64,000 bases of DNA from Chitinophagales bacterium (lineage in GTDB: Bacteria; Bacteroidota; Bacteroidia; Chitinophagales; LD1): contig JANWXI010000002.1 in the NCBI GenBank assembly GCA_025057415.1, forward strand, positions 3,497 to 67,496. The letters run 5' to 3'. Below the pieces are notes generated by a model. The model saw nothing but the letters and a program-made list of their open reading frames with translations, had not been told where the DNA came from and did not search any database. Positions 1 through 9,409 of this stretch are shown in pieces. Each line of letters opens with the position of its first letter. The first letter of the stretch is position 1. The position numbers were made by a program, and so were the translations under genes.

Positions 1-605
1 ACATCCAAAACCTCGTATTCGAAAATCAGTTAGACAACTTCGGTTGGAATACTTCGCTCTCCAATGGTGAAACCAACTTTAACAACCGCGCTATCTTTTA
101 CCCCGATGTGAACATTGGCGTATTGTGGACACACGCGGCTTCTGATATGGCACGTTATTACGTTGGTTTTGCTATGAACCACCTGTCGCGCCCGCGCGAG
201 TCGTTTCTGGGTGACGAGACCAATCGCATGAACTACCGTTACAACATACATGCCGGAGGCGAATTTTTTCTGGATCAGAACTATAACTTCAGTTTATCGC
301 CCACCTTTTTGTTTATGCTGCAAGCCAACGCGCAGCAGTATAATTTTGGTTTAGGGCTTAACTACTGGCTTAGCGACAACATGGCCATATTCGGTGGGGG
401 CTGGTACCGCGTAAAGGATGCGGTGATTTTAAATGTTGGGGTAGAGTTTTTCAATACCCGTATCGGTCTCAGCTACGATATCAATCACTCTGACCTGCGC
501 ACAGCTTCGCGCGCCCAGGGAGCGCTCGAGGCATCGGTAATTTACGTTTTCAAAAAAGAGCGCCCCATGTCCATACAATACGAAAAATACTGCCCGAATT
601 TCTAA
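1..605 (+). CDS. PorP/SprF-family type IX secretion membrane protein (5' end outside window)
   Basis: Frame 3 is open from the window edge (IQNLVFENQLDNFGWNTSLSNGETNFNN...), so the listed Met at 108 is internal. The C-terminal beta-strand-like sequence GLGLNYWLSDNMAIFGGGWYR...IGLSYDIN...ALEASVIYVF matches my recollection of PorP/SprF proteins. Not checked by search. Confidence 0.75.
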   Translation, partial: IQNLVFENQLDNFGWNTSLSNGETNFNNRAIFYPDVNIGVLWTHAASDMARYYVGFAMNHLSRPRESFLGDETNRMNYRYNIHAGGEFFLDQNYNFSLSPTFLFMLQANAQQYNFGLGLNYWLSDNMAIFGGGWYRVKDAVILNVGVEFFNTRIGLSYDINHSDLRTASRAQGALEASVIYVFKKERPMSIQYEKYCPNF

Positions 606-641
606 TAACAAGCCGCTACTTTATCAGGGGTTTACTTCGCG

Positions 642-1340
642 TTATCCCAACAAAAACATACAGTACTGTTTATTCAAATTGGTACTTTCATTTTTCCAAG
701 CGGCTACCGTTGTGGTAAATACATACTGCCCGGGCAGTGTAAGATTTGCGGCTACACACAGGCGCGTGTCGGGTTTAAGAGTGCGCAGCAGTTCCTCAAA
801 TATTTTTTGAGCGCGGTAAGGTGTTTCCATGAAAATCTGTGTGGTACCGTTGCGTGCTGCCGATTCGATCTCCCGGATTTTACGGCTCCGCTCCGGCTCT
901 TTAATAGGCAGGTAACCGGCAAAGCAAAACGACTGTCCGTTTAATCCGGAGGCCATCAGCGCTAGCAACACCGCACTCGGCCCTATAAGCGGAACCACCT
1001 CAATCCGATGGCGGTGTGCATACGCTACTAACTCAGCGCCGGGGTCTGCAACACAGGGGCACCCTGCTTCGCTTATCAGACCGGCGCTGTTGCCTCGTTT
1101 TACCAGGGCAAACATTTTATCACAATCGGGCGCACCGTGTTTGTTTAGCTCATACAGGGTAGCCCGGGTATCGAAAGAATGAGGGTAACCGATAGCCCGC
1201 AAAAACCTGCGGGCGCTACGCGCGTCTTCCACCATGAAAATATGCAAATTATTTACAATGTTTTTTGTTTGCTCCGGAATGAGCGAAGGGTCTGGTTCGT
1301 TCAGAAATGAAGGGATGAGGTAAAGTTTACCGGCGCGCAT
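642..1340 (-). CDS. SAM-dependent methyltransferase, tetrapyrrole-methylase (RsmI-like) fold
   Basis: 232-aa ORF. The N-terminus GKLYLIPSFLNEP and the block GLISEAGCPCVADPG resemble the small RsmI-related methylase family common in Bacteroidota. Its start codon shares one base (1340) with the stop codon of the PBP gene. Confidence 0.6.
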   Translation of the reverse strand: MRAGKLYLIPSFLNEPDPSLIPEQTKNIVNNLHIFMVEDARSARRFLRAIGYPHSFDTRATLYELNKHGAPDCDKMFALVKRGNSAGLISEAGCPCVADPGAELVAYAHRHRIEVVPLIGPSAVLLALMASGLNGQSFCFAGYLPIKEPERSRKIREIESAARNGTTQIFMETPYRAQKIFEELLRTLKPDTRLCVAANLTLPGQYVFTTTVAAWKNESTNLNKQYCMFLLG

Positions 1341-3562
1341 CAGGGTTGTGTGTTGATTTGCGTAGAGCAGTCCATGTTTATGGTAAACGTGGAGTCATCG
1401 GGAAAAGTAAAATCGGCAGTGGAAAGTTTCAGGAGCTTGTCGTTAAAGCATTTGCGCATAAAAGCGCCAACAATGGGCAATGCGGCAGTGGCCCCGGCGC
1501 CGCTTGCATTAGAAATGAAATGAACGCTGGGTTGCTCAAAGCCCACCCATGCACCGGCTACCAGTTGGGGATTATACCCGATAAACCAGGCATCTGCGTT
1601 GCCTTGTGTAGTCCCTGTTTTACCGGCCAGCGGCATTTTGAGTCCGTACTTAGAGCGCAAACGGGTAGCGGTGCCGTAGTCCACTACACCCTTGAGCATC
1701 TGTGTAAGCGTGTATGCCGTTTGTGGCGCAATGGCTTCTTTTTGTTCCGGCACAAACTGAGCCAGTACGTTGCCGTGCTTATCGGTTATTTTTTCGATAA
1801 AGTAGGGCTTGCTGTAAACCCCCAGATTAGCAAAAGCCGTATATGCGCCAACCATTTCAATGAGCGAAATATCGGCAGTGCCAAGGCATAGCGAAGGTAC
1901 GGCATCCATTGGGCTTTCAATCATCAGCCGGCGGGCAAATTCAACCAACAGCGCCGGGTCCCCTATTTCGCACATGATTCGCGCGGTGATGCGATTATCC
2001 GAAGCCGCCAGCCCGTCTTTCATGGGCACCAGGTCGCCTTCTTTCCATTTGTCGGTTCCATCAGGATTCCAGTTGGCGTCTATGCCCGGGCACTCGGGTT
2101 TAACATAAGGAATTGGGGTGCATGGCTCGTAATTACGCTCTAAAGCAAGCCCGTAAAGGAAGGGTTTCATGGTAGAGCCCACCTGGCGTTTGGTGCTCTT
2201 TTTCACGTGGTCTAACTGAAAATACCGGATATTGGGGCCGCCAATCCAGGCGAGTGTTTTGCCGGAGCGCGCATCTACCGCTATAAAACCCACTTGTATA
2301 ATTTGCAGATAATACCGCAGCGAGTCGAGCGGGGTCATCACTGTGTCAATACTGTAACTTTGGTCTCCATGCCAACTGAAAATGGTCATTTCGGTTTTGG
2401 TGCGAAATGCCTGCTCTATTTCCTTGTCAGATTTTCCGGCGGCTTTCATGTTCTTATACCGTTCGGTTTGCTTTATCATTTTTTCTAATAAGTCAGGGTT
2501 GGCGCGCGAGCCGAATTTCCACGGTTCTTTACCTTTCCATTCTTTAAAGAAAATATCCTGCAGCGCTTTCAGATGTTCGCGCATGGCATCTTCGGCATAT
2601 CGCTGCATGCGCGAGTCAATTGTGGTAAATACGTTCAGGCCATCTTCGTAAATGTTCCATCGGCTGCCGTCGGGTTTAGGGTTTTGTTCGCACCACCGTA
2701 TCAGCTCCTGGCGTATATACTCGCGGATGTATGTGCCGATGCCTTCGCGAAAGTCGGGATTGTGGAAGTTTAACTTAATCGGCAATTTTATCAGTCGCTC
2801 ATATTCGGGGCGGGTGATGGCTTTCATCTCGAGCATGCGGCTCAGCACCAGATTTCTGCGTTCCAGCGCGCGCTCGGGATGGCGGCGCGGGTTATAGTAA
2901 GAAGGGCCGTTGAGCATCGCCACCAGCAGGGCAGCTTCTTCGGCTTTCAGTTCAGAGGGTTTCTTGTAAAAATAGGTAAACGACGCGGTTTTGATGCCGT
3001 AAGAATTATAACCAAAGCCGATTGTATTAAAATAAATATTGATAATTTCCTCTTTCGTAAACGTGCGCTCCAGCTTGGCAGCGAGAATCCACTCTTTGAG
3101 TTTTTGCGACATCCGCTTGAGGGGGCCTGCGCTGCTGAAGTCCTGGTGAAAAAGGTTTTTGGCTAATTGCTGGGTAAGGGTAGAGCCGCCCCCGCCTTCG
3201 CGCCCCAGTAAGCCGGTTAAAATAATGGCGCGAAACAGACCTTTCAAATCAATGCCGCTGTGGTTGTAAAAACGTTTGTCTTCAGTGGCAACAAGCGCCT
3301 TCACCAGATAAGGCGAAAGCTCATCGTACGTCACCTCAATGCGGTTCTCGGTAAAATAAGTACCCAGCACTTCACCATCGGCACTCCATACACTGGTAGA
3401 GATACTGCTGCGCGGGTTCTGAATTTTTTCCAAATCGGGCATTTCGCCCAGCATGCCGTAGTTTACCCCGATAAAAAACAACACCACCAGCAATACGCCG
3501 CTCCACAGGACTATCTGTACCCTGCGGAATACACTCCAGAAATCGTTTTTGTGATTGGGCAT
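1340..3562 (-). CDS. Class A penicillin-binding protein (PBP1A-type transglycosylase/transpeptidase)
   Basis: N-terminal TM helix. GT51 motifs EDKRFYNHSGID and GGSTLTQQLAKN. Transpeptidase motifs STMK (SxxK), SDN (SxN) and KTGTT. Confidence 0.92.
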   Translation of the reverse strand: MPNHKNDFWSVFRRVQIVLWSGVLLVVLFFIGVNYGMLGEMPDLEKIQNPRSSISTSVWSADGEVLGTYFTENRIEVTYDELSPYLVKALVATEDKRFYNHSGIDLKGLFRAIILTGLLGREGGGGSTLTQQLAKNLFHQDFSSAGPLKRMSQKLKEWILAAKLERTFTKEEIINIYFNTIGFGYNSYGIKTASFTYFYKKPSELKAEEAALLVAMLNGPSYYNPRRHPERALERRNLVLSRMLEMKAITRPEYERLIKLPIKLNFHNPDFREGIGTYIREYIRQELIRWCEQNPKPDGSRWNIYEDGLNVFTTIDSRMQRYAEDAMREHLKALQDIFFKEWKGKEPWKFGSRANPDLLEKMIKQTERYKNMKAAGKSDKEIEQAFRTKTEMTIFSWHGDQSYSIDTVMTPLDSLRYYLQIIQVGFIAVDARSGKTLAWIGGPNIRYFQLDHVKKSTKRQVGSTMKPFLYGLALERNYEPCTPIPYVKPECPGIDANWNPDGTDKWKEGDLVPMKDGLAASDNRITARIMCEIGDPALLVEFARRLMIESPMDAVPSLCLGTADISLIEMVGAYTAFANLGVYSKPYFIEKITDKHGNVLAQFVPEQKEAIAPQTAYTLTQMLKGVVDYGTATRLRSKYGLKMPLAGKTGTTQGNADAWFIGYNPQLVAGAWVGFEQPSVHFISNASGAGATAALPIVGAFMRKCFNDKLLKLSTADFTFPDDSTFTINMDCSTQINTQP

Positions 3563-3627
3563 TTAGAATTTACACGCGATAAAACTAATACAAGTATAAC
3601 ACAACTGCTCAGCGTATCAAGGCACTG

Positions 3628-4065
3628 TTATACCTGGTTGTTAGTAAACGCGTACCGTAAAAACGCCCATGGTCTCCGGTGTTTGAGATAGTCGGGGCGG
3701 TGTTCGTTGCTATACGCTTCGCGCTCAAATATCACAGCGCGATAGGCGCGGTGATGGCTGCGATAAAGAATGAGGTTGAAGAGGTAATGCAACCCGTACA
3801 AGATATAAAAGGGGAGGATGAGCATTTCTAGCTGCTGTACCAGGTGTATGCGCTCGTGGAGCATGAGGGTGTGGTCATGCACCATATCCCGGCTTTTCAG
3901 CAGCACAAACGGGAAAATCGCCATACCGGAGTACCGCAACACAGGCACTATTATCACCGGCGGGTTTTTCAAATATGCCAGTAGCAGAAGTGTATTCATT
4001 GCGATTAGGCAGAAGAAGGGAAGTTTTTCTATGTAAAAACGGGGAGGTAGTGTAGTAACAAACAA
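3628..4065 (-). CDS. Small membrane protein with HExxH motif (putative metalloprotease-like, function unknown)
   Basis: 145-aa ORF with hydrophobic N-terminal segments. Contains HERIH (HExxH) followed by FEREAY. The true start may be the internal MNTLLLL. Confidence 0.4.
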   Translation of the reverse strand: MFVTTLPPRFYIEKLPFFCLIAMNTLLLLAYLKNPPVIIVPVLRYSGMAIFPFVLLKSRDMVHDHTLMLHERIHLVQQLEMLILPFYILYGLHYLFNLILYRSHHRAYRAVIFEREAYSNEHRPDYLKHRRPWAFLRYAFTNNQV

Positions 4066-4091
4066 CCTCCCCGAAAAAGTTTTTGATAATG

Positions 4092-4511
4092 TTAGATGGC
4101 AGTAAGGTACTGGGTGTAGCAGTAGCCCTCTTCACCATCGTCAGTTTTGATGTACCACCACTGGTCGTTTTCTTTGCGCACGAGGGTCACAATTTCATTG
4201 CGGGCAGCTTTGCCGATGATGTCGTAATTGGTACCGGGGCCTTTGCGGATATTCAGGTTGGTGCTTACGGTGGTAACGCGCAGTTTGGCGCCCTCGGGCA
4301 CTCCGGCGGTACTGTTGATGTTCAACACCAGGTCGCCCGATACGTAATCGGGGTCTATTTTATCGTACAAGTCCCACAGTTGTTGTTTTACGGCAGCGCT
4401 GGCTTCCCCGTCAATGTACAAAACACCGTCCTGCTCGCGCACCTGCAAATTGCGTACCTGCCCGTTTTGGGCGGCATCAATCAGGGGTTTGTATTTAGCA
4501 GATAAGCTCAT
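4092..4511 (-). CDS. SH3b-domain protein
   Basis: The C-terminal half LNIRKGPGTNYDIIGKAARNEIVTLVRKENDQWWYIKTDDGEEGYCYTQYL is a typical bacterial SH3_3 pattern. The N-terminal half resembles the N-terminus of BON/LysM-type stress proteins. Confidence 0.6.
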   Translation of the reverse strand: MSLSAKYKPLIDAAQNGQVRNLQVREQDGVLYIDGEASAAVKQQLWDLYDKIDPDYVSGDLVLNINSTAGVPEGAKLRVTTVSTNLNIRKGPGTNYDIIGKAARNEIVTLVRKENDQWWYIKTDDGEEGYCYTQYLTAI

Positions 4512-4541
4512 AGTAAGTTATTTTTATATTATGAAAATATT

Positions 4542-5030
4542 TTATTTGTTTTTAAGCCCTGACGGGTCAATTTTTTTGGGCTTCAGGGCGCTAAGCGCCA
4601 TCATCAGTTTTTGCCGGTCGGCTTTGGCAATGGTGCCTGTGAGGGTAATTACCCCGTTTTCAACCACGGCAGTCACATCCGGATAGGAGGCAATGGCATC
4701 CTTTACGGCTTGTTTCAGCGGGTCGTCAGGGGTGATTTGTACCGGAGCAGGAGGCGCTACGGTAATGTTGTTGACGACTTCTTTAACGCCGGCAATAGCT
4801 TTTACCAGGTCGGCTGTGCGCACTTTACATGCTTCGTCTTTACATTGGCCGGTGAGGGTGGCTATACCTTTTTCAACGGTAACACCCAACCCGGTGAGGT
4901 CAGGATGGGAAGCAAGCGCTTTTTCAATGGCAGATTTGATGTCGGCATCTTTGGGTTTACTATTGCAGGAAAACAGCATTAGCGATCCACAAAGCGATGC
5001 TAAAGCGGCAAGGAGAAAAAGTTTTTTCAT
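4542..5030 (-). CDS. BON-domain lipoprotein
   Basis: The internal Met gives a lipoprotein signal MKKLFLLAALASLCGSLMLFSC. Two BON-like repeats follow (...VTVEKGIATLTGQCKDE...AGVKEVVNNITV; ...VVENGVITLTGTIAK...). The upstream 26 codons of the listed ORF are probably not translated. Confidence 0.75.
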   Translation of the reverse strand: MKKLFLLAALASLCGSLMLFSCNSKPKDADIKSAIEKALASHPDLTGLGVTVEKGIATLTGQCKDEACKVRTADLVKAIAGVKEVVNNITVAPPAPVQITPDDPLKQAVKDAIASYPDVTAVVENGVITLTGTIAKADRQKLMMALSALKPKKIDPSGLKNK

Positions 5031-5262
5031 GTGGTTAAATTTTAGTTGGTGATGATTTAAGCAGATAAAGTAATGCAATTTACTTGCCAGATTATGTTTA
5101 AGCGGCAATAAAAGAGTATTCAGGTACTAAAACTTCAAACAAAAACAACCTAAAATTAACCCGCAGGTTTTCCGGTTAAGAGAGGAAGTGCCTATATCAA
5201 GCTCCCCTTTCTACATAACTGCATCAAACTGTTGTATATAAAATACTTTTAATATAATTACG

Positions 5263-5281
5263 TGCGCGGCAGCACCGCGCA
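5263..5281 (-). terminator. Possible stem-loop terminator downstream of the T9SS cargo gene
   Basis: TGCGCGG-CAGCA-CCGCGCA inverted repeat about 20 nt after the stop codon at 5299. It is followed on the minus strand by an A/T-rich stretch rather than a clean U-run. Confidence 0.3.
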
Positions 5282-5298
5282 TGCATGTAAAAGCATTG

Positions 5299-8200
5299 TT
5301 ATTTTATAAATCGGGCGGCCGCTAAGCCGGCTTTAATGGTGTAAACACCTGATTGGAGAGCAGATACATCAAGGATATGCACAAAGGACGGTTCAGCGGT
5401 AAACTCAATTACTTTTCTACCTGCGATGTCCCATAATTCAATTTTATCGGTTTTTTCGGTTGTTTCAACTGTTAACCACCCTTGTGCCGGATTGGGGTAA
5501 ACGCGCATCGCTTCAGCCGTTATTTGTAAAGTTCCAAGACAGATATCTACAAAAAATGCATCCGTAGCCGAGGCGGTACAGTTGTTGGCATCGGTATATG
5601 TGTAAGTGATGGGGATGTTCCCTGTTAACCCTGCCGGGTTGAAAGTTCCTCCGCTCACGCCTGTACCACTGTAAGTGCCTCCCGCGGGGTCGCCTCCTGC
5701 AAGATTGATGGGGGAAGCGTTCTGGCATATTGTATCAACAGGTAAAGAGAGCGATACATTTGGCAGGGGGTTCACGGTAACGGTTATGGCATTAGAAGCC
5801 ACCGTGCATCCGGAGGAAGGGTCAGTAGAAGTTACATTGTAGTTGCCGGAGGTGCTAACAGTTATAGAGGTGGTATTGGCGCCGTTGCTCCAGGCGTAGT
5901 TGTCACCACCGGAAGCGGTTAATTGTACACTGCCTCCTGCACAAAAGGTGGTGCTGCCGTTGGCGCTTACATTCACGGAAGGTGCATACACCGATAGGTT
6001 ATAGCTGCCAGAGGCAGTGCATCCGTTGTTATCAGTAATGGTTACGGTATAGTTGCCCGCCGTGGTGGCTGTGATACTGGATGTAATATGTGAAGTATTC
6101 CACAGATATGCGGCTGCGGGAGACGCCTGCAAGGTTACGCTGCCTCCGCCCACACACAGTTTATCGGGGCCAACCGGTGAGATATTGGCAGCAGGCGGAG
6201 GAAACACAGTTACCTGAATAGTATTTGAATTTTTTGTACAGGCGCCATCACTTACCGTAGCAAAGTAGTTGCCGGTGGTATTGACCGTAATGGACTGGCC
6301 GGTTGCTCCGGTGTTCCATGTGTAGCTGAGACCGGGAACTCCACTCAATTGCACACTTTGCCCTTGACAAAAGCTCGTAGGACCATTTGCGGAAATAAGG
6401 TTACTGTCAATAAACGAGAGGTTAACGAAGATGGAAGAATCAGCGCTGCAACCGCCAGCCCCGGTGACGGTTACGGAATAAGTACCGGTAGCGCTCACAG
6501 CTACAGTTTGCCCGGTACTGCCGGTGCTCCACAAGTACGTATAACCGGGGGCTGCAGTCAGCACGGCCGTAATGTTGCACAAATCGTAGTTAGAGAAGCT
6601 CAGTGAAGAGTCGGGGGCGGGATGAACAGTAACGGTAATCGTGTTGGAGGATGCCGGGCAACCGTTTACGGTTACGCTTACCGTATAAGATCCCGATGTG
6701 CTAACGGTAATGTTTTGTGTGGAAGCGTTGTTACTCCACTGGTAGGAGTCGGCTATGGGAGCATTTAATGTAACTGTATTACCGCTGCAGAAAGTGGTAG
6801 GGCCGGAGGGTGTGATGGTGACTCCGCCCAGCGGGCCAATTTGTATGGCACGCGAAAAGTTACTTGTATCAGCGGGCGCAGTGGATATAACGCGCAGGCG
6901 ATAACCGCTTCCGCTGGGCACACTAAAGGGTATGATGACACTGATTGAGTCATTGCCGGGCAGTGCAGAGTTTTTTACACCAATGTTAATGGCATTATTA
7001 AAGTTGCCTGCGGAGTCAGATAACTGGACAATCATGTTGTTGAATGCGGCAAAGGCGATAGGTTTGTGGATGTAAATTTTGGTATTAGCGCCCTGGCAAA
7101 GCGAAAGCGGATAGTCGGTCAAATCGAGGTTGGAGGTACGCAAGCTGGCGAAATAATTACGTAAATAACCCTGAACACCCAGAAAACTTCCGGCAAGGAA
7201 GATACGCTGGTGCATGCGGCTGTACAGGTAACTGTTCATATACCCGATTACGCCATCACCGATGTAGAAAGCTCCACTAATGTTGCCATTGAAATCAGTA
7301 AATGCCATTTGGTTATGCGGTATGCCATTTACAGAGGTGAACTCTCCGATAATCAACACCCCGATTGGTAGTATGACAATGTTTCCGACATAACTATTGT
7401 TTACGGCAGCTGTATAAGTGTTATCTAAAGCACCATTTGGCATCAGGCGTGCAATGCGTTGTTTGCTGGTGCCGTTGAAAGACGTGAAAGATCCGCCGGT
7501 ATATATATAACCGTTGTCTGCCACCTCTATGGAATAGATAATACCATTGGCTGCTGTACCCGGAGTGAAAGTATTGTCAAGTGTTCCGTTATTGTTGATG
7601 CGTGCAATGCGGTTTATGCCTGTGGTGCCGTTGTAACTCGTAAAGGCACCACCGATGAGCACTTTTAGGTTGCTTACCGGTTTGATGGTCCAAACTGTAC
7701 CGTTAAATCCCGTACCGAAATTGAAGGTGTTGTCAATGCTGCCGTTGGGGTTGAGGCGTACGATGCGGTTACAGTTATTGCCGTTGTATTGTGTAAACGC
7801 GCCACCTACATAAATTTTACCCAAGCTATCAATGGCAATTTTGTTGATGGCGCCATTGAACCCGGTACCTACGTTGAAAGTGGTGTCAAGCGAGCCATCG
7901 GCATTCAAGCGGGCCAGGCGATTGCGCGCAACGCCATGAATAGTAGTGAAGTTACCGCCAATCACAATTTTATCATCTGTCTGTATCGCTATGGCAGTAA
8001 TCTGATCGTTGGCGCCCGAGCCGGCAGGGAAAGAGAGGTCTAAGGTTCCATCGTGGTTGTAGCGTATGATACGGGCTTTAGTGATATCGTGGTATTTGAA
8101 GAATGCCCCGGCTACAATCAGACGGCCATCGCTTTGCATATCCACCACGTTGGTAAAGGCGCTGAAATGCGACTCGCGGTTAAAGGTCTGGTCCACTTTG

Positions 8201-9360
8201 CCATCAGGTAACAGACGCACAAATCGAATGCGTGCGAACGAGTCGGCTATTGTGAAGGTGCCGCCTACATAGATACGGTCGTCATGTGCCATAAACACGG
8301 AGTTGCAGCTTAAGTTGAGCCCACCGCCCGGTTGAAAACTCAAGTCGCGCGTACCATCGTTATTAATACGCACGATTCGGTTTATGGCGCTACCGGCATA
8401 AGACGTAAAGTTGCCTGTTGCCAATACTTTTCCATCAGGTTGAATGCAGATTTCGTTTACATTATTGTTGAAACCCGTTCCGACATTGAAAGTGGCGTCC
8501 AGCGAACCATCGGAATTAAGCCGTGCGATGCGATTGCTGGGCGAGCCATCGTAATTGTTGAAAAAACCGCCAATCACTACTTTGTTCCCTACGGTTACAT
8601 AAGCCGAAGTAATGATGTTGTCTGCGCCACCATTGAGGGTCTTGAATGTAGTGTCACGGGTACCGTTAGGGTGCAAACGCAGGATTCGCCCTACCGTATC
8701 GCCATTGAATATGGTAAAGTGTCCTGCCACAATGATTCTGCCATCCGGAAGTTCGTCAACATCGTACACGTTGTTATTAGCAGCACTGCCGATCAAAAAT
8801 GTAGTATCTCGCGTGCCGTCTGGGTTTAATCGTACTAAACCATTTACAAGGTCACCATTATAGTGAGTGAACCCTCCCGCCACCAGTATTTTCCCGGTGC
8901 TGAGCACTTTAATGTCATACACAGAGAAAGAGAAACCGCTGCCGGTATTGAATGAATTATCCAGGGAACCATCGGGATTAAGGCGGGCAATTCTGTTTTT
9001 CAGCACACCGTTGAACATGACAAAGTCACCGCCAATGATTAGTTTACCATCGGGCTGGCGCGCCACTACGTTTACGTGCTCATCGGCTCCAGTGCCGGTA
9101 TTGAACGCAGGGTCTATGGTGCCATCGGGAAAAACCCTGGCAATGCCGGCAATTTTTTGATTGTTTGCAAAGAAAAACCGCCCTATCACAATTACGCTGC
9201 TATCGGGCAGCACCAAACCACCGGTACACTTGAAATCATACCCGCGGCTTTTGTAAAAAGAAGTGTCTAAGGTGCCGATTTGCGCGCTAAGCATAATAGG
9301 CAAGCAGTTGTAAGCAAATAGAAGCGCAGCTAAAAAGGTGCGTAGAAAATTCATATTCAT
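5299..9360 (-). CDS. Large secreted T9SS cargo: delta-60-type repeats + Cys-containing Ig-like modules + T9SS C-terminal sorting domain
   Basis: Signal peptide starts at the internal Met (MNMNFLRTFLAALLFAYNCLPIMLSAQ). About 12-13 repeats of the LNPDGSLDxxFNxGxGFN type follow. Next come about 5-6 modules of the type GPTxFCxGxSVxLxA...YxWSxG...ITVxxxGxYxVTVTDxxGCxxxS. The C-terminus RVYPNPAQGWLTVE...LWDIAGRKV...LQSGVYTIK is typical of T9SS sorting domains. Confidence 0.85.
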   Translation of the reverse strand: MNMNFLRTFLAALLFAYNCLPIMLSAQIGTLDTSFYKSRGYDFKCTGGLVLPDSSVIVIGRFFFANNQKIAGIARVFPDGTIDPAFNTGTGADEHVNVVARQPDGKLIIGGDFVMFNGVLKNRIARLNPDGSLDNSFNTGSGFSFSVYDIKVLSTGKILVAGGFTHYNGDLVNGLVRLNPDGTRDTTFLIGSAANNNVYDVDELPDGRIIVAGHFTIFNGDTVGRILRLHPNGTRDTTFKTLNGGADNIITSAYVTVGNKVVIGGFFNNYDGSPSNRIARLNSDGSLDATFNVGTGFNNNVNEICIQPDGKVLATGNFTSYAGSAINRIVRINNDGTRDLSFQPGGGLNLSCNSVFMAHDDRIYVGGTFTIADSFARIRFVRLLPDGKVDQTFNRESHFSAFTNVVDMQSDGRLIVAGAFFKYHDITKARIIRYNHDGTLDLSFPAGSGANDQITAIAIQTDDKIVIGGNFTTIHGVARNRLARLNADGSLDTTFNVGTGFNGAINKIAIDSLGKIYVGGAFTQYNGNNCNRIVRLNPNGSIDNTFNFGTGFNGTVWTIKPVSNLKVLIGGAFTSYNGTTGINRIARINNNGTLDNTFTPGTAANGIIYSIEVADNGYIYTGGSFTSFNGTSKQRIARLMPNGALDNTYTAAVNNSYVGNIVILPIGVLIIGEFTSVNGIPHNQMAFTDFNGNISGAFYIGDGVIGYMNSYLYSRMHQRIFLAGSFLGVQGYLRNYFASLRTSNLDLTDYPLSLCQGANTKIYIHKPIAFAAFNNMIVQLSDSAGNFNNAINIGVKNSALPGNDSISVIIPFSVPSGSGYRLRVISTAPADTSNFSRAIQIGPLGGVTITPSGPTTFCSGNTVTLNAPIADSYQWSNNASTQNITVSTSGSYTVSVTVNGCPASSNTITVTVHPAPDSSLSFSNYDLCNITAVLTAAPGYTYLWSTGSTGQTVAVSATGTYSVTVTGAGGCSADSSIFVNLSFIDSNLISANGPTSFCQGQSVQLSGVPGLSYTWNTGATGQSITVNTTGNYFATVSDGACTKNSNTIQVTVFPPPAANISPVGPDKLCVGGGSVTLQASPAAAYLWNTSHITSSITATTAGNYTVTITDNNGCTASGSYNLSVYAPSVNVSANGSTTFCAGGSVQLTASGGDNYAWSNGANTTSITVSTSGNYNVTSTDPSSGCTVASNAITVTVNPLPNVSLSLPVDTICQNASPINLAGGDPAGGTYSGTGVSGGTFNPAGLTGNIPITYTYTDANNCTASATDAFFVDICLGTLQITAEAMRVYPNPAQGWLTVETTEKTDKIELWDIAGRKVIEFTAEPSFVHILDVSALQSGVYTIKAGLAAARFIK

Positions 9361-9409
9361 ACCGCAAAATTTGGTGTTAATATACTCAGGAAAAATTAAA
9401 TGTTCTAAA

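Noticed and set aside
5500-7000. Periodic sequence in the T9SS cargo gene as a possible DNA tandem repeat or CRISPR-like array
   Set aside because: The periodicity is at the protein-domain level (diverged Ig-like modules about 75 aa long). There are no identical direct DNA repeats with unique spacers. No CRISPR array was seen anywhere in the window.
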